Virus record (IMG/VR): IMGVR_UViG_3300036833_000232
Span: 1-64,000 of that record
Length of the DNA: 64,000 nucleotides
Strand: one strand, 5' to 3'
Source of the DNA: a virus
Taxonomy: Duplodnaviria > Caudoviricetes
Shown here in pieces: positions 1 to 9,299 of this stretch. The position numbers and the translations under genes are program-made. Every line of letters starts with the position of its first letter. The stretch's first letter is position 1. Under the pieces are notes generated by a model. The model was not told the origin of the DNA, did not search any database, and saw only the letters and a list, made by a program, of their open reading frames with translations.

Positions 1-173
1 AGCACAACGCTGGAGGAGATGGCTTTCCGGCCCGGGTTGGCCAGGTTGTAAGCATTGATCGCGCCGTACACGTTGTTCGTGGCTAGCCAGGCGATCTCGT
101 CCTTGATGATCGGGTCGTTGTTGAGGCCTGTGCCTTCATCGATGGAACTGATGCCGAACTGTTCCATGTACAT
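1..173 (-). CDS. hypothetical protein (truncated by window edge)
   Basis: ATG at 173 after GAAAGGG RBS; open to position 1 (MYMEQFGISSIDEGTGLNNDPIIKDE...). Confidence 0.7.
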   Translation of the reverse strand, partial: MYMEQFGISSIDEGTGLNNDPIIKDEIAWLATNNVYGAINAYNLANPGRKAISSSVV

Positions 174-189
174 GTGGAGTGCCCTTTCT

Positions 190-235
190 TGTGGTGGTAA
201 CTCCAGTATGACATACGTGGGAGTGTGGGGCAAGC
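190..235 (-). promoter_or_regulatory. leftward sigma70-type promoter cassette, copy 1
   Basis: TTGCCC-N17-CATACT on minus strand; GTATG-A-CATAC palindrome; 44/46 identical to 9254-9299. Confidence 0.75.
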
Positions 236-248
236 GGGAATTACAGGA

Positions 249-324
249 TGTCCACCACGTCGCTGGTCCGCTCGCCGACCGCATCCGCCGGGCGCTCACG
301 GGGGAGAGCGGTGAGGCGCTGTGA
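249..324 (+). pseudogene. 3' remnant paralogous to part of the 1935..2408 gene
   Basis: VHHVAGPLADRIRRALTG versus VHHIAGPLAKRIRQALTG. Confidence 0.55.
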
Positions 325-341
325 CAGATGGGGTTGACATG

Positions 342-371
342 TTGACGGGTCTACATGTTGTGGTGTAGTGT
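342..371 (+). promoter_or_regulatory. promoter for a probably leaderless gene at 379
   Basis: TTGACG...TAGTGT, with ATG 7 nt after the -10; repeated ACATGTTG boxes. Confidence 0.55.
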
Positions 372-378
372 GGTCCAC

Positions 379-741
379 ATGAGCGAGACCGAGTACACCG
401 TCACCGTCGACCGGCTCCGCCGCATCGCCGGACGCATGAACTCCGGCGGCTACACCGCCCAGATCGCCAGCCCGGACGGGTTCGAACTCACCAGCCCGCA
501 GTTCGACAGTGACGAGCAGGCGCGCAACTGGGCCACCAGATACATCGAAGCCAAGACCGCCGGACTCATCAAGGCGCGCCCCCAGCCCAGCGTTCCCGCC
601 GCTCCCCGCATCGTGCCGCAGATGGACCGCCAGGCCACCCGCGTCGCCAACCTGGCCGGCCTGCCCGCCCCCAAGGCCACCGGCCGCTGCCACTACTGCG
701 GACTGCCCCTCACCAACGGCCACTGCGAGGAATGCATCTGA
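379..741 (+). CDS. hypothetical protein with C-terminal Zn ribbon
   Basis: CHYC...CEEC at C-terminus; coupled to next gene. Confidence 0.7.
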   Translation: MSETEYTVTVDRLRRIAGRMNSGGYTAQIASPDGFELTSPQFDSDEQARNWATRYIEAKTAGLIKARPQPSVPAAPRIVPQMDRQATRVANLAGLPAPKATGRCHYCGLPLTNGHCEECI

Positions 742-1109
742 TGCCCACCACAATCACCATCCAAACCGCCACTGCCCACGAAATCGTGCGCGCGGCCGTT
801 GGATACCGCAGCCATGACGTCACCCCCACCACGATCAACAAGTTCGTCGCCGAATACCCGAGTCACGTCAACACGCAACTCGCGAACGTTTACGCGAAGT
901 CGGAGGTGTCCGTCCACTGGGACGGCAATATGGGCGTGTACACGGCGTCCTACGCCACCGAAGACTCCCCGAGCGAGCGCGCCGACTACGAGCGGATGCT
1001 GCGCAACGAAGCCTGCATGTACGGCATATACATCCCCGGAGCACGCGAGCGCGGCTCGCGCTCGATCCTTGAGGCAGTCGCCTACCTGCGTCAGATCGAA
1101 GGTGCCTGA
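741..1109 (+). CDS. hypothetical protein
   Basis: TGATG coupling at both ends. Confidence 0.7.
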   Translation: MPTTITIQTATAHEIVRAAVGYRSHDVTPTTINKFVAEYPSHVNTQLANVYAKSEVSVHWDGNMGVYTASYATEDSPSERADYERMLRNEACMYGIYIPGARERGSRSILEAVAYLRQIEGA

Positions 1110-1525
1110 TGGCCACCGACATCGTCGCCGCCCAGGACCGGGCCGTCTCCGCTGTGCGCTACTTCTACACCGCAGACCACAGCGACATCGATCAAATCAA
1201 CGCTGAACGGTCCGCGCGAGAAGCCGTGGAGTCCGCCATCCGGGCCGGTGTCACCCACCACCAGCTTGCGTCCCTCGCCGGCATCCCCGGACTACTGGTC
1301 GCACGCCTCATCGACGACCCGGACGCCCACGTCGCGGCGCTGAACGCGGAACGCCACGCAGCGCACCGCTACGAGCGCGACGTGCTGGACGCCATCCAGG
1401 GAGCCGCCCGCCGACTGGTCGACCCGGAGTCGGGCAAGGGAGCCCGCGGAGTCCGATCCCAGGCCGGGTTCGCGAAAGCCGCTGGAGTCGACCGGGCAGC
1501 AGTACGCACCTGGCTCGGCCTCTGA
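1109..1525 (+). CDS. putative HTH DNA-binding protein
   Basis: SQAGFAKAAGVDRAAVRTWLG and THHQLASLAGI HTH-like segments. Confidence 0.6.
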   Translation: MATDIVAAQDRAVSAVRYFYTADHSDIDQINAERSAREAVESAIRAGVTHHQLASLAGIPGLLVARLIDDPDAHVAALNAERHAAHRYERDVLDAIQGAARRLVDPESGKGARGVRSQAGFAKAAGVDRAAVRTWLGL

Positions 1526-1545
1526 CATACCCAGAAAGGGAGATC

Positions 1546-1938
1546 ATGACTCACGGAGAAACATCAATGACGGTCCCGAACCTTCCCCTCGGCTGGCCCG
1601 TTGCCCCGCATCCGACACGGTGGACGATCACGGAGCTGGCACCACGAACAGTCGCCGACAGTTTCCGCGCCATGCTGGTCAGCCCAGCAGGATCAGAGCC
1701 TACGAACGCGCCAGGGTATGAGGAAATCAACCGTAGCTTTGACCCATTCCTGCCGTGGAGCGCCGGCGAGGAGGACACCGAAGTCGTCTACCACACCGCC
1801 GCAGTCACCGTCGTGTCCACCACCAAGACCTGGACCGAGGACGGCCCAAGCTTTGGCATGGTTGCCGAAGAGGGGTGGCTTTTCGTGGCCACAGTTGAGA
1901 TTGCGACCGGACGTGCCGCCGAGGGCGTTGGGCGATGA
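1546..1938 (+). CDS. hypothetical protein
   Basis: GAAAGGGAG RBS; ATGA overlap with next gene. Confidence 0.65.
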   Translation: MTHGETSMTVPNLPLGWPVAPHPTRWTITELAPRTVADSFRAMLVSPAGSEPTNAPGYEEINRSFDPFLPWSAGEEDTEVVYHTAAVTVVSTTKTWTEDGPSFGMVAEEGWLFVATVEIATGRAAEGVGR

Positions 1939-2408
1939 CGGAACGTCGGCGGAGTTACATCCCGAACGGTAACCACGTCTACACCGTGCACTGCCGCCAG
2001 TTGGCCGACGCGCTCGGCGAGCGGCCCGGTGAGTCGTACCGGCCGGGGGTGAATGAGTTCGACCGGCTGCTCGGAGAGGTGCGTGAGCGGAGTGACACGG
2101 AGCGACAACTGATCGTCGAAATGGCCGCACTGCGAGCATGCATCGACGCCGGGCTGGAACTGTTGGATCCGGTGGAGGTGCACCACATCGCCGGACCGTT
2201 GGCGAAGCGGATTCGTCAAGCGCTCACCGGAGGGGACTGGCGGCAGCCCGCGCGCTACATCGTTGCCGAGGTCGATGGTGGTGATGTGCTACTCGCATCC
2301 ATGGCCCAGATGCACGCGAACCCCGTCGGGGCTTTCCGCGAACTGGCTGACACCCGCCTGCACGGCCATCGTTGCCGCGTGTTCGAGGTCCGCGAGGTTC
2401 AGGCGTGA
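1935..2408 (+). CDS. hypothetical protein
   Basis: coupled ORF, 157 aa. Confidence 0.65.
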   Translation: MTERRRSYIPNGNHVYTVHCRQLADALGERPGESYRPGVNEFDRLLGEVRERSDTERQLIVEMAALRACIDAGLELLDPVEVHHIAGPLAKRIRQALTGGDWRQPARYIVAEVDGGDVLLASMAQMHANPVGAFRELADTRLHGHRCRVFEVREVQA

Positions 2409-2568
2409 TCGCCCAGTCTCAGTTCTGCCACACAACGAAGATTGCGTGGCCCTACCAGATGTGGCCAGCGGCGTCAAGGGTGGAACGTGAATCGTGTTGG
2501 CGATTCGTGAACCGGCCGACCACGCGGTCCACCTGGTGATCTTTTCTAGGCGACCCACGACCCTTTCA

Positions 2569-2604
2569 ACTCAGTCACCATAATGCATGTTATGATGACT
2601 GAGT
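2569..2604. promoter_or_regulatory. AT-rich palindromic operator/promoter
   Basis: ACTCAGTCACCATAA-N6-TTATGATGACTGAGT, arms 14/15 complementary, upstream of 2636. Confidence 0.55.
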
Positions 2605-2635
2605 ATCCAGCACGGAGATCCACGAGGAGCGCATC

Positions 2636-2839
2636 ATGACCGACCGGAAGGTCTTCGGCTTCGCCACCGTTGACCCGTTCGAGCCTGTCGAACTCGATCC
2701 CGCACGTGCCGCCGCGGGCATGTATGCGCTGTGGCGCGGTGTTGGTGCATCGGGCGAACGCTTCTACTTGCCCGACCAGGTGCACGCGATGACGGCAACA
2801 GCGCGGGCCAAGTACAACGACAACGGCTTCCCAGTTTGA
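2636..2839 (+). CDS. hypothetical protein
   Basis: GAGGAG RBS. Confidence 0.65.
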   Translation: MTDRKVFGFATVDPFEPVELDPARAAAGMYALWRGVGASGERFYLPDQVHAMTATARAKYNDNGFPV

Positions 2840-3132
2840 TGTTGGACCCCATCACCCTGGCTGCCGGCGGTGCGCTGCTGGGTATCGGCTACCTCAGTGG
2901 CCGTGTCGGCCGGCGCCGCTCGCTCCCCCGCCCGAAGAAACCTACGAAGCCGATTTGCGGTTGTGGTCACGGCTTGGAGCAGCACGACCCGCGCACAGCG
3001 GCTTGCCACGGCACCGTGCGGCGGCCGCGCACCGAGAGCAACCGCTATGTGCCGTGCACGTGCCGCCAGTACACGGGGCCTCGGGCGGTTGAGGAGTTGT
3101 TCGCCACCCCGATCCTGCCACCGCAAGACTGA
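2839..3132 (+). CDS. membrane-anchored Cys/His-rich hypothetical protein
   Basis: N-terminal TM; CGCGH...H...C...CTCRQY. Confidence 0.65.
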   Translation: MLDPITLAAGGALLGIGYLSGRVGRRRSLPRPKKPTKPICGCGHGLEQHDPRTAACHGTVRRPRTESNRYVPCTCRQYTGPRAVEELFATPILPPQD

Positions 3133-3167
3133 CCCGCCCCCCACCACAGAACAGGAGCACTAGGTAG

Positions 3168-3515
3168 ATGAACCACGAGACGAAGGCCGCGTTGCCGTCC
3201 AACAGACTGGGTCAACTGGAACGCGAAGCCCACCACCTGAACCTGCATCGGGAATATCGGGAACGTCAGCGGTGGATCAACCAGGCCGAGGTCGAGGAGT
3301 CGCCTGTGTGGCGAGTGACTGGCGTGCCGGCCGACGAGGCGAAGTATCTGGGGGAGACGCTCACTGGCCAGTTGTACCGAGACCGCGACGGCATGTGGGA
3401 GGCATGGACGACGGACTCGGGTTGGGTCGAGTCGTTCTTCTTGAGCATGGCGGAGATGCAGGCGGACGGCTACGAGCTGTCCCCCGCGCCCGTCGACACC
3501 ACGGGAGGTGCCTGA
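3168..3515 (+). CDS. hypothetical protein
   Basis: start-associated motif plus AGGAG RBS. Confidence 0.65.
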   Translation: MNHETKAALPSNRLGQLEREAHHLNLHREYRERQRWINQAEVEESPVWRVTGVPADEAKYLGETLTGQLYRDRDGMWEAWTTDSGWVESFFLSMAEMQADGYELSPAPVDTTGGA

Positions 3516-3868
3516 TGGCCGGCTATCGACCGTTCTTCCCCTTCTCGCCGTCCATGCAGACTGCTGACGTCAGCCAGTGGGGCCCATCCCGCGCCTACCT
3601 CTGGGTGTCCACCCAGCAGCACCCGGACGCGGGCTCGGTGTTTGTTGTCCCGGCCGAGCACGCGGCCAAGGCGCTGGCCCGGTGGGCTGACGGCCTGCCT
3701 GATGACCTCACCTGCCGACTGGTGGATGCGGTCGAGGCGCAGCAACTGGCTGGCCAGGCGTATGCGGACTGGGCGCACACCGAGGCGTGGCAGTGCAACC
3801 CGCATGGTGATCCGGTGCGGGACACGCTGGCCGCGTCGGAATGGCTGTGGAAGGAACGGGCGCGGTGA
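3515..3868 (+). CDS. hypothetical protein
   Basis: GGAGG RBS; TGATG coupling. Confidence 0.65.
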   Translation: MAGYRPFFPFSPSMQTADVSQWGPSRAYLWVSTQQHPDAGSVFVVPAEHAAKALARWADGLPDDLTCRLVDAVEAQQLAGQAYADWAHTEAWQCNPHGDPVRDTLAASEWLWKERAR

Positions 3869-4023
3869 TGGCCGTTGAGTGGCGGGTGGCGATCGACGAT
3901 GAGGTCATCGCGATCGAACGTGACCGGATCACCTACACCACCGAATACGCGGACCTGTACGAGTGGCTTCGTGTCAGCGACCAGGTCGTTGACATTGCTG
4001 GCCAGCCGGGTGGTGACGTGTGA
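3868..4023 (+). CDS. small hypothetical protein
   Basis: TGATG coupling. Confidence 0.5.
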   Translation: MAVEWRVAIDDEVIAIERDRITYTTEYADLYEWLRVSDQVVDIAGQPGGDV

Positions 4024-4241
4024 TGACTGGTCGGCCCTGGTCGATCCCCGGAAACATGGTCATCCACTACGTCCAAGACGACACCGGCCGAGTGTGGATC
4101 AACAAGGTGGATCTGCTTGCGTGGCTGCGCGGCGAGGGGTCGGAGCGTACGTCGGCGGAGTTCCGGGAATACGCCGGCGTGTTGGCTACGGCGATTGACA
4201 AGGCATGTCCGTCTAACCAGGAAGGACTTTCGTCACCGTGA
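4020..4241 (+). CDS. small hypothetical protein
   Basis: coupled ORF. Confidence 0.5.
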   Translation: MMTGRPWSIPGNMVIHYVQDDTGRVWINKVDLLAWLRGEGSERTSAEFREYAGVLATAIDKACPSNQEGLSSP

Positions 4242-4501
4242 CCGAATCAAGCGGGAAACGCGCCCCGTCCCGACCAGTGTGGGTGCAGGGCGAAATCGAT
4301 GGTCAGCGCGCCGTTCCCGACACTGGGGTCGAGCCGTGGGTGACCCGCCTCAACCCGCCACACCCGTACCACATCGCCAAGGCCGCCGGCGCGCTGATGA
4401 CGGTCACCGCGACGTTGCGGCACGCCTACATGAGCGCCTACCAACTCGACGACGCCGGGCTGCTGGTCCGCGACGAACCGGGCGGCACACACTGTGACTG
4501 A
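4238..4501 (+). CDS. hypothetical protein
   Basis: GTGA overlap. Confidence 0.5.
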   Translation: MTESSGKRAPSRPVWVQGEIDGQRAVPDTGVEPWVTRLNPPHPYHIAKAAGALMTVTATLRHAYMSAYQLDDAGLLVRDEPGGTHCD

Positions 4502-5546
4502 CCTGGTCCACTCCCCCGGTGCCACAGTCACATGGCCAGCGTCCGCCCCGGACCTCATTGAGGAGATCCGGGCGGGCTGGCTGCTGCGATGCAAAAGCGT
4601 GCACACCCGCCAGGCGTACGAGCAGGACATCAAACAGTGGTTCGATTTTCTCGCCGCGCTCGGCGTGGATGTTCTGGCCGCGAACTCGGATCACGTCACG
4701 GCGTACATGCGTGTCTGCGAACAGTCCACCAGCGAAGACACCGGCCAACTGATCACCCCTGCGACCGTTGCCCGCCGGGTTTCGGTTGTGTCCAGCTTTT
4801 ACCGGCATGCCCGCCGACGGCACGCCATCACGGAAAACCCCGTCCAGGACGTCGACCGGCCCAAAATTGATCCGGACCACTCTGACACGGTCGGGTTGAC
4901 GCTGGATGAGTCCCGGCGCCTGGTGGAGACCGCCGCACTCTGCGCCCGGGACGCGCATGACCGCTACACCACAGCCAAGGCTGCTGGGCGGGCACATGTG
5001 CGGCTCCGGACCGCGTGGCTCGGCGCGGAACGCGACCACGCGATCATCGCGCTCATGCTGTCCGCCGGTGGCCGGGAAACCGAAATGGCCCGCGAAACTT
5101 GCATTGAGGACCTCGGATACGACCGCGGTCACCGGGTGCTTTTCGTGACCCGCAAGGGCGGCAAGCGGCAGTCCCTGGCACTGGGTGCATCCGCCCGGGT
5201 TGTGGATCGCTACCTGACAGTCATCCGCGAGGAGACCGGCCGCACCAGTGGGCCTCTGTTCTTGACTCACCGCGGTCAACCACCGGACCGGGCGTGGATC
5301 TTCCGCATGGTGCGGTCGCTGGCCGTACAGGCGCACATTCCGTCCGCAGCGCAGTTGTCGCCGCATTCACTGCGTCATACTTTCGCGACGACCGCGTTGG
5401 ATCTGGGGTCGACGTTGGATGAGTTGCAGGACGCGATGGGGCACGCGGACCCGAGGACGACCCGGCGGTATGACCGTGCGCGGAACCGGATTGATCGGTC
5501 GCCGGCACATCGGGTGTCACGGGCACTGCTTGGCGAAGACCAGTGA
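4494..5546 (+). CDS. tyrosine recombinase (XerC/D-like phage integrase family)
   Basis: catalytic R (SAGGRETE), K (RKGGK), HSLRH, MGHADPRTTRRY; N-terminal core-binding domain. Confidence 0.92.
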   Translation: MTDLVHSPGATVTWPASAPDLIEEIRAGWLLRCKSVHTRQAYEQDIKQWFDFLAALGVDVLAANSDHVTAYMRVCEQSTSEDTGQLITPATVARRVSVVSSFYRHARRRHAITENPVQDVDRPKIDPDHSDTVGLTLDESRRLVETAALCARDAHDRYTTAKAAGRAHVRLRTAWLGAERDHAIIALMLSAGGRETEMARETCIEDLGYDRGHRVLFVTRKGGKRQSLALGASARVVDRYLTVIREETGRTSGPLFLTHRGQPPDRAWIFRMVRSLAVQAHIPSAAQLSPHSLRHTFATTALDLGSTLDELQDAMGHADPRTTRRYDRARNRIDRSPAHRVSRALLGEDQ

Positions 5547-5598
5547 CGAAGACCCTGGCTGTGCGTCTGGCCGAAGCGGCGGCTGGAATTAGCAGCCG

Positions 5599-6117
5599 GT
5601 GACGAGACCCGAAATAGTTGATATTCCCACCACGAGAAAGGAAGTCCACGTGCTCGACCGATGGCAACGCGAGGATGCAGTTCATGCGGCTGACGCTCGC
5701 CTTTCGGCGCGGTTCACTGCCCATTGGGAACGCAACACGGATGGAAAACCGAAGTGGAACCTGGGTGCGGTGAAGGCAGTAGAAGCCGTGACTCAGGCAT
5801 TCATGTATGCGGACTCGCCGGCCAGGGTTGGAGATCCAGATGTGCAACCTGAGGACCTGGCAGATGCCATCGCCCTGGTCGACGCTGCGGTAAAGGACGC
5901 CGTCACGTCGGTCGAATACAACGAGATGTTCCTGTTCGAGGCCGCCCGGTTGGCGGGACTCACATGGGCGGAGATCGGTCGGAATCGCGGGTACAGCGAG
6001 CCGAACGCCGGGCCGAACGCGCTGCGCCGGTACAAGGTGCTGCGCAAGCAGTGGCCTGGCCACGATGTGACCGAGGAGAACGAGGCTGTGATCTGGGCGA
6101 AAGACCCGAAGCCCTAA
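5599..6117 (+). CDS. hypothetical protein with C-terminal HTH
   Basis: ARLAGLTWAEIGRNRG motif. Confidence 0.6.
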   Translation: MTRPEIVDIPTTRKEVHVLDRWQREDAVHAADARLSARFTAHWERNTDGKPKWNLGAVKAVEAVTQAFMYADSPARVGDPDVQPEDLADAIALVDAAVKDAVTSVEYNEMFLFEAARLAGLTWAEIGRNRGYSEPNAGPNALRRYKVLRKQWPGHDVTEENEAVIWAKDPKP

Positions 6118-6167
6118 ACCGGCACCAAGTAGGTAACCGATTACCACCACGGAAAGGAAACACCACA

Positions 6168-6680
6168 ATGGGAAACACCCGGAAAACGGCACCACCCGAC
6201 GCCGAGGCACTCGTCGCCCAGCACTTCCCGCTGTACGGCCCCTACTCCGAGGAGCACACGTTCGCCGCAGGCACGATGCTGACGGAGATGATGCGCTACC
6301 TCAACTACGCCACCGGCCAGGGTGCCCGCGACGCGCTCCCCTACGCCTCGACCACCGGTGACGTCGTCGGCAGTATCAAGGCTGCGGTGGGAATGCTGGA
6401 TCAGGCCCTGGACCAGATGGCTCGGCGTGCGAAGACGTTCGAGGCCGATCCGAACCTGTACGACGCCACCGCCCGGAGCGACGAGCACACGTCAGCGGTC
6501 GCCCGAGCGCAGGCCGCCCAGCGCGGGTTGGAGCAGATCCGGACACTGCTCGGCGTGCCCAGCGTAGATCACCGGACCGGCCGGATCACGCAGCCCAACG
6601 GGGTGTATAAGGCGTTGGAGACCGTGCACTCCGATCTGATGTCCCTCGGGCACCGGGAAGGGCTACCCGATGGTGTGTGA
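6168..6680 (+). CDS. hypothetical protein
   Basis: CCACCACGGAAAGGA motif/RBS before ATG. Confidence 0.7.
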   Translation: MGNTRKTAPPDAEALVAQHFPLYGPYSEEHTFAAGTMLTEMMRYLNYATGQGARDALPYASTTGDVVGSIKAAVGMLDQALDQMARRAKTFEADPNLYDATARSDEHTSAVARAQAAQRGLEQIRTLLGVPSVDHRTGRITQPNGVYKALETVHSDLMSLGHREGLPDGV

Positions 6681-6969
6681 CTGCTGTCCGCCGGATCCGG
6701 CGGAGTGCGAGGTCCACGGGTGCGGCTGCTCGTGCCACCAGGTTGCTTGCGGCTGCCTGGGAACTACTGCCGCGGACCCGGGTTGTCCGGACTGCGGGGG
6801 CCGCGGCCACATCACCAGGTACGCCACGGTGGTGCCAGCTCCGGACTCGGCGCCGGCGTTGAAGGCGGCAGCGGACGAGGCGCTGGCCAAGTTGCTGGAG
6901 GCGGCTGGGGTGGACCCGGAAGACGTCGCCGATCTCGAAGTCCGTGAGCATTGGGGTATGGGCTCGTGA
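6670..6969 (+). CDS. Cys-rich hypothetical protein
   Basis: many Cys including CPDCGGRG. Confidence 0.5.
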   Translation: MVCDCCPPDPAECEVHGCGCSCHQVACGCLGTTAADPGCPDCGGRGHITRYATVVPAPDSAPALKAAADEALAKLLEAAGVDPEDVADLEVREHWGMGS

Positions 6970-7283
6970 CCTGGCCGACTCGGCGGGAACGCACCGATGT
7001 GCAGTTGAACATGCTGGACACGCTGGTGTCGCTGGTTCGTGAAGGGCGGCACGCCGATTTGGAGCCGCTGGTGTGGACGGTCACGGTAGGCGGCAACGTG
7101 ATGGGTCGGGCGGATTGGCCGTGGTCCACTCCCGGTGGCCGACTGGAGGCGTTCGAGGGGTGGTGTCGGCTCGTTGGCGTGGTGCGTGTGCCTCGTATCG
7201 CGGTGTTGCCGGACGGTCAGCATCTACATCGGGCGTGGTGCATGCGGGGGGATGTGCGGGTGGAGTTGGAGGCCACCGTATAG
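6966..7283 (+). CDS. hypothetical protein
   Basis: GTGA overlap. Confidence 0.5.
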   Translation: MTWPTRRERTDVQLNMLDTLVSLVREGRHADLEPLVWTVTVGGNVMGRADWPWSTPGGRLEAFEGWCRLVGVVRVPRIAVLPDGQHLHRAWCMRGDVRVELEATV

Positions 7284-7406
7284 CCTGTTTGGTGCTGCCC
7301 GTGAGGGTTGCGCATGGTGAGGAACCTACCGGTGCCGATCTTGGTGGGTTCCTCACCTTTTTGTCCAGTGGGCGGGTGGTCAGCGGTGGCGGGTACGGTC
7401 GTGACC

Positions 7407-8366
7407 ATGGACGCGGTGATCGCGAAGTGGGCTGACGCTGCTGGCCACCCGGCTGGCGCGGCACTGCGCGCGGCTGGGTTCGCCGGGGTCGTGATCTACG
7501 TGGGTACCCCTAGTAGCGCGAAGGACTGCTCGGCGGCGGTGTACGCGGACTACGCGGCCCACGGGCTGGGCGTGATCGCCGTCTACGAGAACCTCACCAC
7601 CGACATCACTGGCGGCCGGGCAGCCGGTGTGGCGCACGCACAGGCCGCGCTCGCGGACATGGCCGCCAAGAACATCCCCGCCAGCGTCCCGCTCGGCGCG
7701 ACCGCCGATGAGCACTTCACCTCGACCATGGTGTCCCTCGCGGTTCAATACCAGGGCGGGTTCCACGACACCGTCCGCGCGGCCCACCCTGGCCGGCCGG
7801 TGGTGGCCTACGGGTTCGCCGAGTTCCTCACCGCAGTCCGCGCGACTGGGTTGGCTGACGTGTTCTGGCAGTGCGGCACCGCCCCGGCGTCGGGCGCGGG
7901 TGTGCACTTCTGGCAGCGCAACACCTCCCCCAGCACCGCGATCGTCGGCGGCGTGGTGTGCGACATCGACGACCAACTTCTACCTGTCCCGGAGGGGATT
8001 GACGTGGCGCAACTTGACGACATCCAGGCGGCGATCCAGACTGTGGCCGCCGGAGTTGGTGACCTTCGAGAGCAAGTGTGCGGGAAGGGCTGCCGCACCA
8101 CTGGCTACACCGGTTGGGTGCAACTCGGCGGGCACACCCTGGTCGACAGTGTGGAGATCGTCCTGGCTAACCTGGCCGCCAACCGGACTGCGATCATGGC
8201 TGCGGTGAACAGTGATGCGGCTGCGGGCAAGTCGGCGCTGGCCGCGTTGCTGACCGCTGTGCAGGCAAGTGATCCGGCTGCCACCGCGCGAGCGTTGGTG
8301 GCAGCCGGGTTGAACGCGCAGGCGGTAGCGCAGGCCCTCGTAGCTGACCTGGCGCCGAAAACGTGA
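7407..8366 (+). CDS. putative endolysin/cell wall hydrolase (DUF1906/GH25-like TIM barrel)
   Basis: AGFAGVVIYVG, GLGVIAVYE, VAYG, FWQC, VGGVVCDID; Ala-rich helical tail; TACGGT -10 element 7 nt upstream. Confidence 0.75.
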   Translation: MDAVIAKWADAAGHPAGAALRAAGFAGVVIYVGTPSSAKDCSAAVYADYAAHGLGVIAVYENLTTDITGGRAAGVAHAQAALADMAAKNIPASVPLGATADEHFTSTMVSLAVQYQGGFHDTVRAAHPGRPVVAYGFAEFLTAVRATGLADVFWQCGTAPASGAGVHFWQRNTSPSTAIVGGVVCDIDDQLLPVPEGIDVAQLDDIQAAIQTVAAGVGDLREQVCGKGCRTTGYTGWVQLGGHTLVDSVEIVLANLAANRTAIMAAVNSDAAAGKSALAALLTAVQASDPAATARALVAAGLNAQAVAQALVADLAPKT

Positions 8367-8376
8367 CCAGTCACAG

Positions 8377-8688
8377 TCAGAAGATCACGTTGCCCGTGAT
8401 CACGCGGTGCATGATGTGGGTGGTCGGGTAGGAGTAGAACGCGTCACGGGGATCGGTACCCGCGTCGAGAGCGCTCGGTTTCCACCTGGCGACTTCCTCG
8501 TCAGTTATGCGCAGGTCCCGCACGAACAGGAACCGTTGGGTGTTGCCGCTGCACGGTGCGGTGACTTCGCAGACGGCGTTGGTGACGGGATCGACGATCC
8601 GGTCACCCGCGGCCAGGTCACCCATGGGAACCGATTCGGTATAGAAGGCACCGAGGGCGGTGTGGAACTGGGAGTCTGCGTGGGTCAT
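8377..8688 (-). CDS. hypothetical protein
   Basis: ATGA overlap with upstream gene. Confidence 0.6.
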   Translation of the reverse strand: MTHADSQFHTALGAFYTESVPMGDLAAGDRIVDPVTNAVCEVTAPCSGNTQRFLFVRDLRITDEEVARWKPSALDAGTDPRDAFYSYPTTHIMHRVITGNVIF

Positions 8689-8861
8689 GGGGTTTCCCAG
8701 AGATTTTCGGTGGGGAGTCCGAGTCGGCGGCGGGCTGCTTCGACGTCTGCCCGGTAGGCGAGGACGTCCTGCTCAGTGATGACCTCCCCTTCGGGGGCGA
8801 TGTCGTCACGTTCCGCGATCCGTCCGACACCCGGCAGCGGGGTTTCGTTGTGGCTGCTCAT
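8685..8861 (-). CDS. small hypothetical protein
   Basis: GGAAAGGA RBS; MSSHNETPLPG... Confidence 0.6.
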   Translation of the reverse strand: MSSHNETPLPGVGRIAERDDIAPEGEVITEQDVLAYRADVEAARRRLGLPTENLWETP

Positions 8862-8986
8862 GCTGTCCTTTCCAGTGGTGGAGTGGTGGGCTTTTTGAGT
8901 ATCGCAGGTTGCATGGTCTGGTTGCGGTGGCGCTACGGCCTCTCGGCGATGCGTAGGGGTTTTCGTCAGCCGATCATCTTTCGCTG

Positions 8987-9229
8987 CTACGCCCCGCGCA
9001 GTGCGGCCGAGATGTCCTGGTGGCTGGCGCTCAGCACCTCCAGGTAGGCCTCGCCTAGCTGCTCCGTGACGTAGTTGTCCGACATCCAGAACGTGACCTC
9101 GTCCACGTTCAGGGTCTCGCGGGCGTGCATCGTGGCGACGATCGGGTCGGGGGCTTCGCCGACCTCCCAGTCGTGGTCCTCGGTGACGAGTCGGATGGCC
9201 TGGATCAGGCGGTCGGTTTTGACGGTCAC
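8987..9229 (-). CDS. hypothetical protein
   Basis: AAAGGAG RBS, downstream of promoter cassette copy 2. Confidence 0.7.
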   Translation of the reverse strand: MTVKTDRLIQAIRLVTEDHDWEVGEAPDPIVATMHARETLNVDEVTFWMSDNYVTEQLGEAYLEVLSASHQDISAALRGA

Positions 9230-9253
9230 TTTGTGCTCCTTTAGGTGGTCCTC

Positions 9254-9299
9254 TGTGGTGGTAACTCCAGTATGACATACGCGGGAGTGTAGGGCAAGC
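9254..9299 (-). promoter_or_regulatory. leftward promoter cassette, copy 2
   Basis: near-identical to 190-235. Confidence 0.75.
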
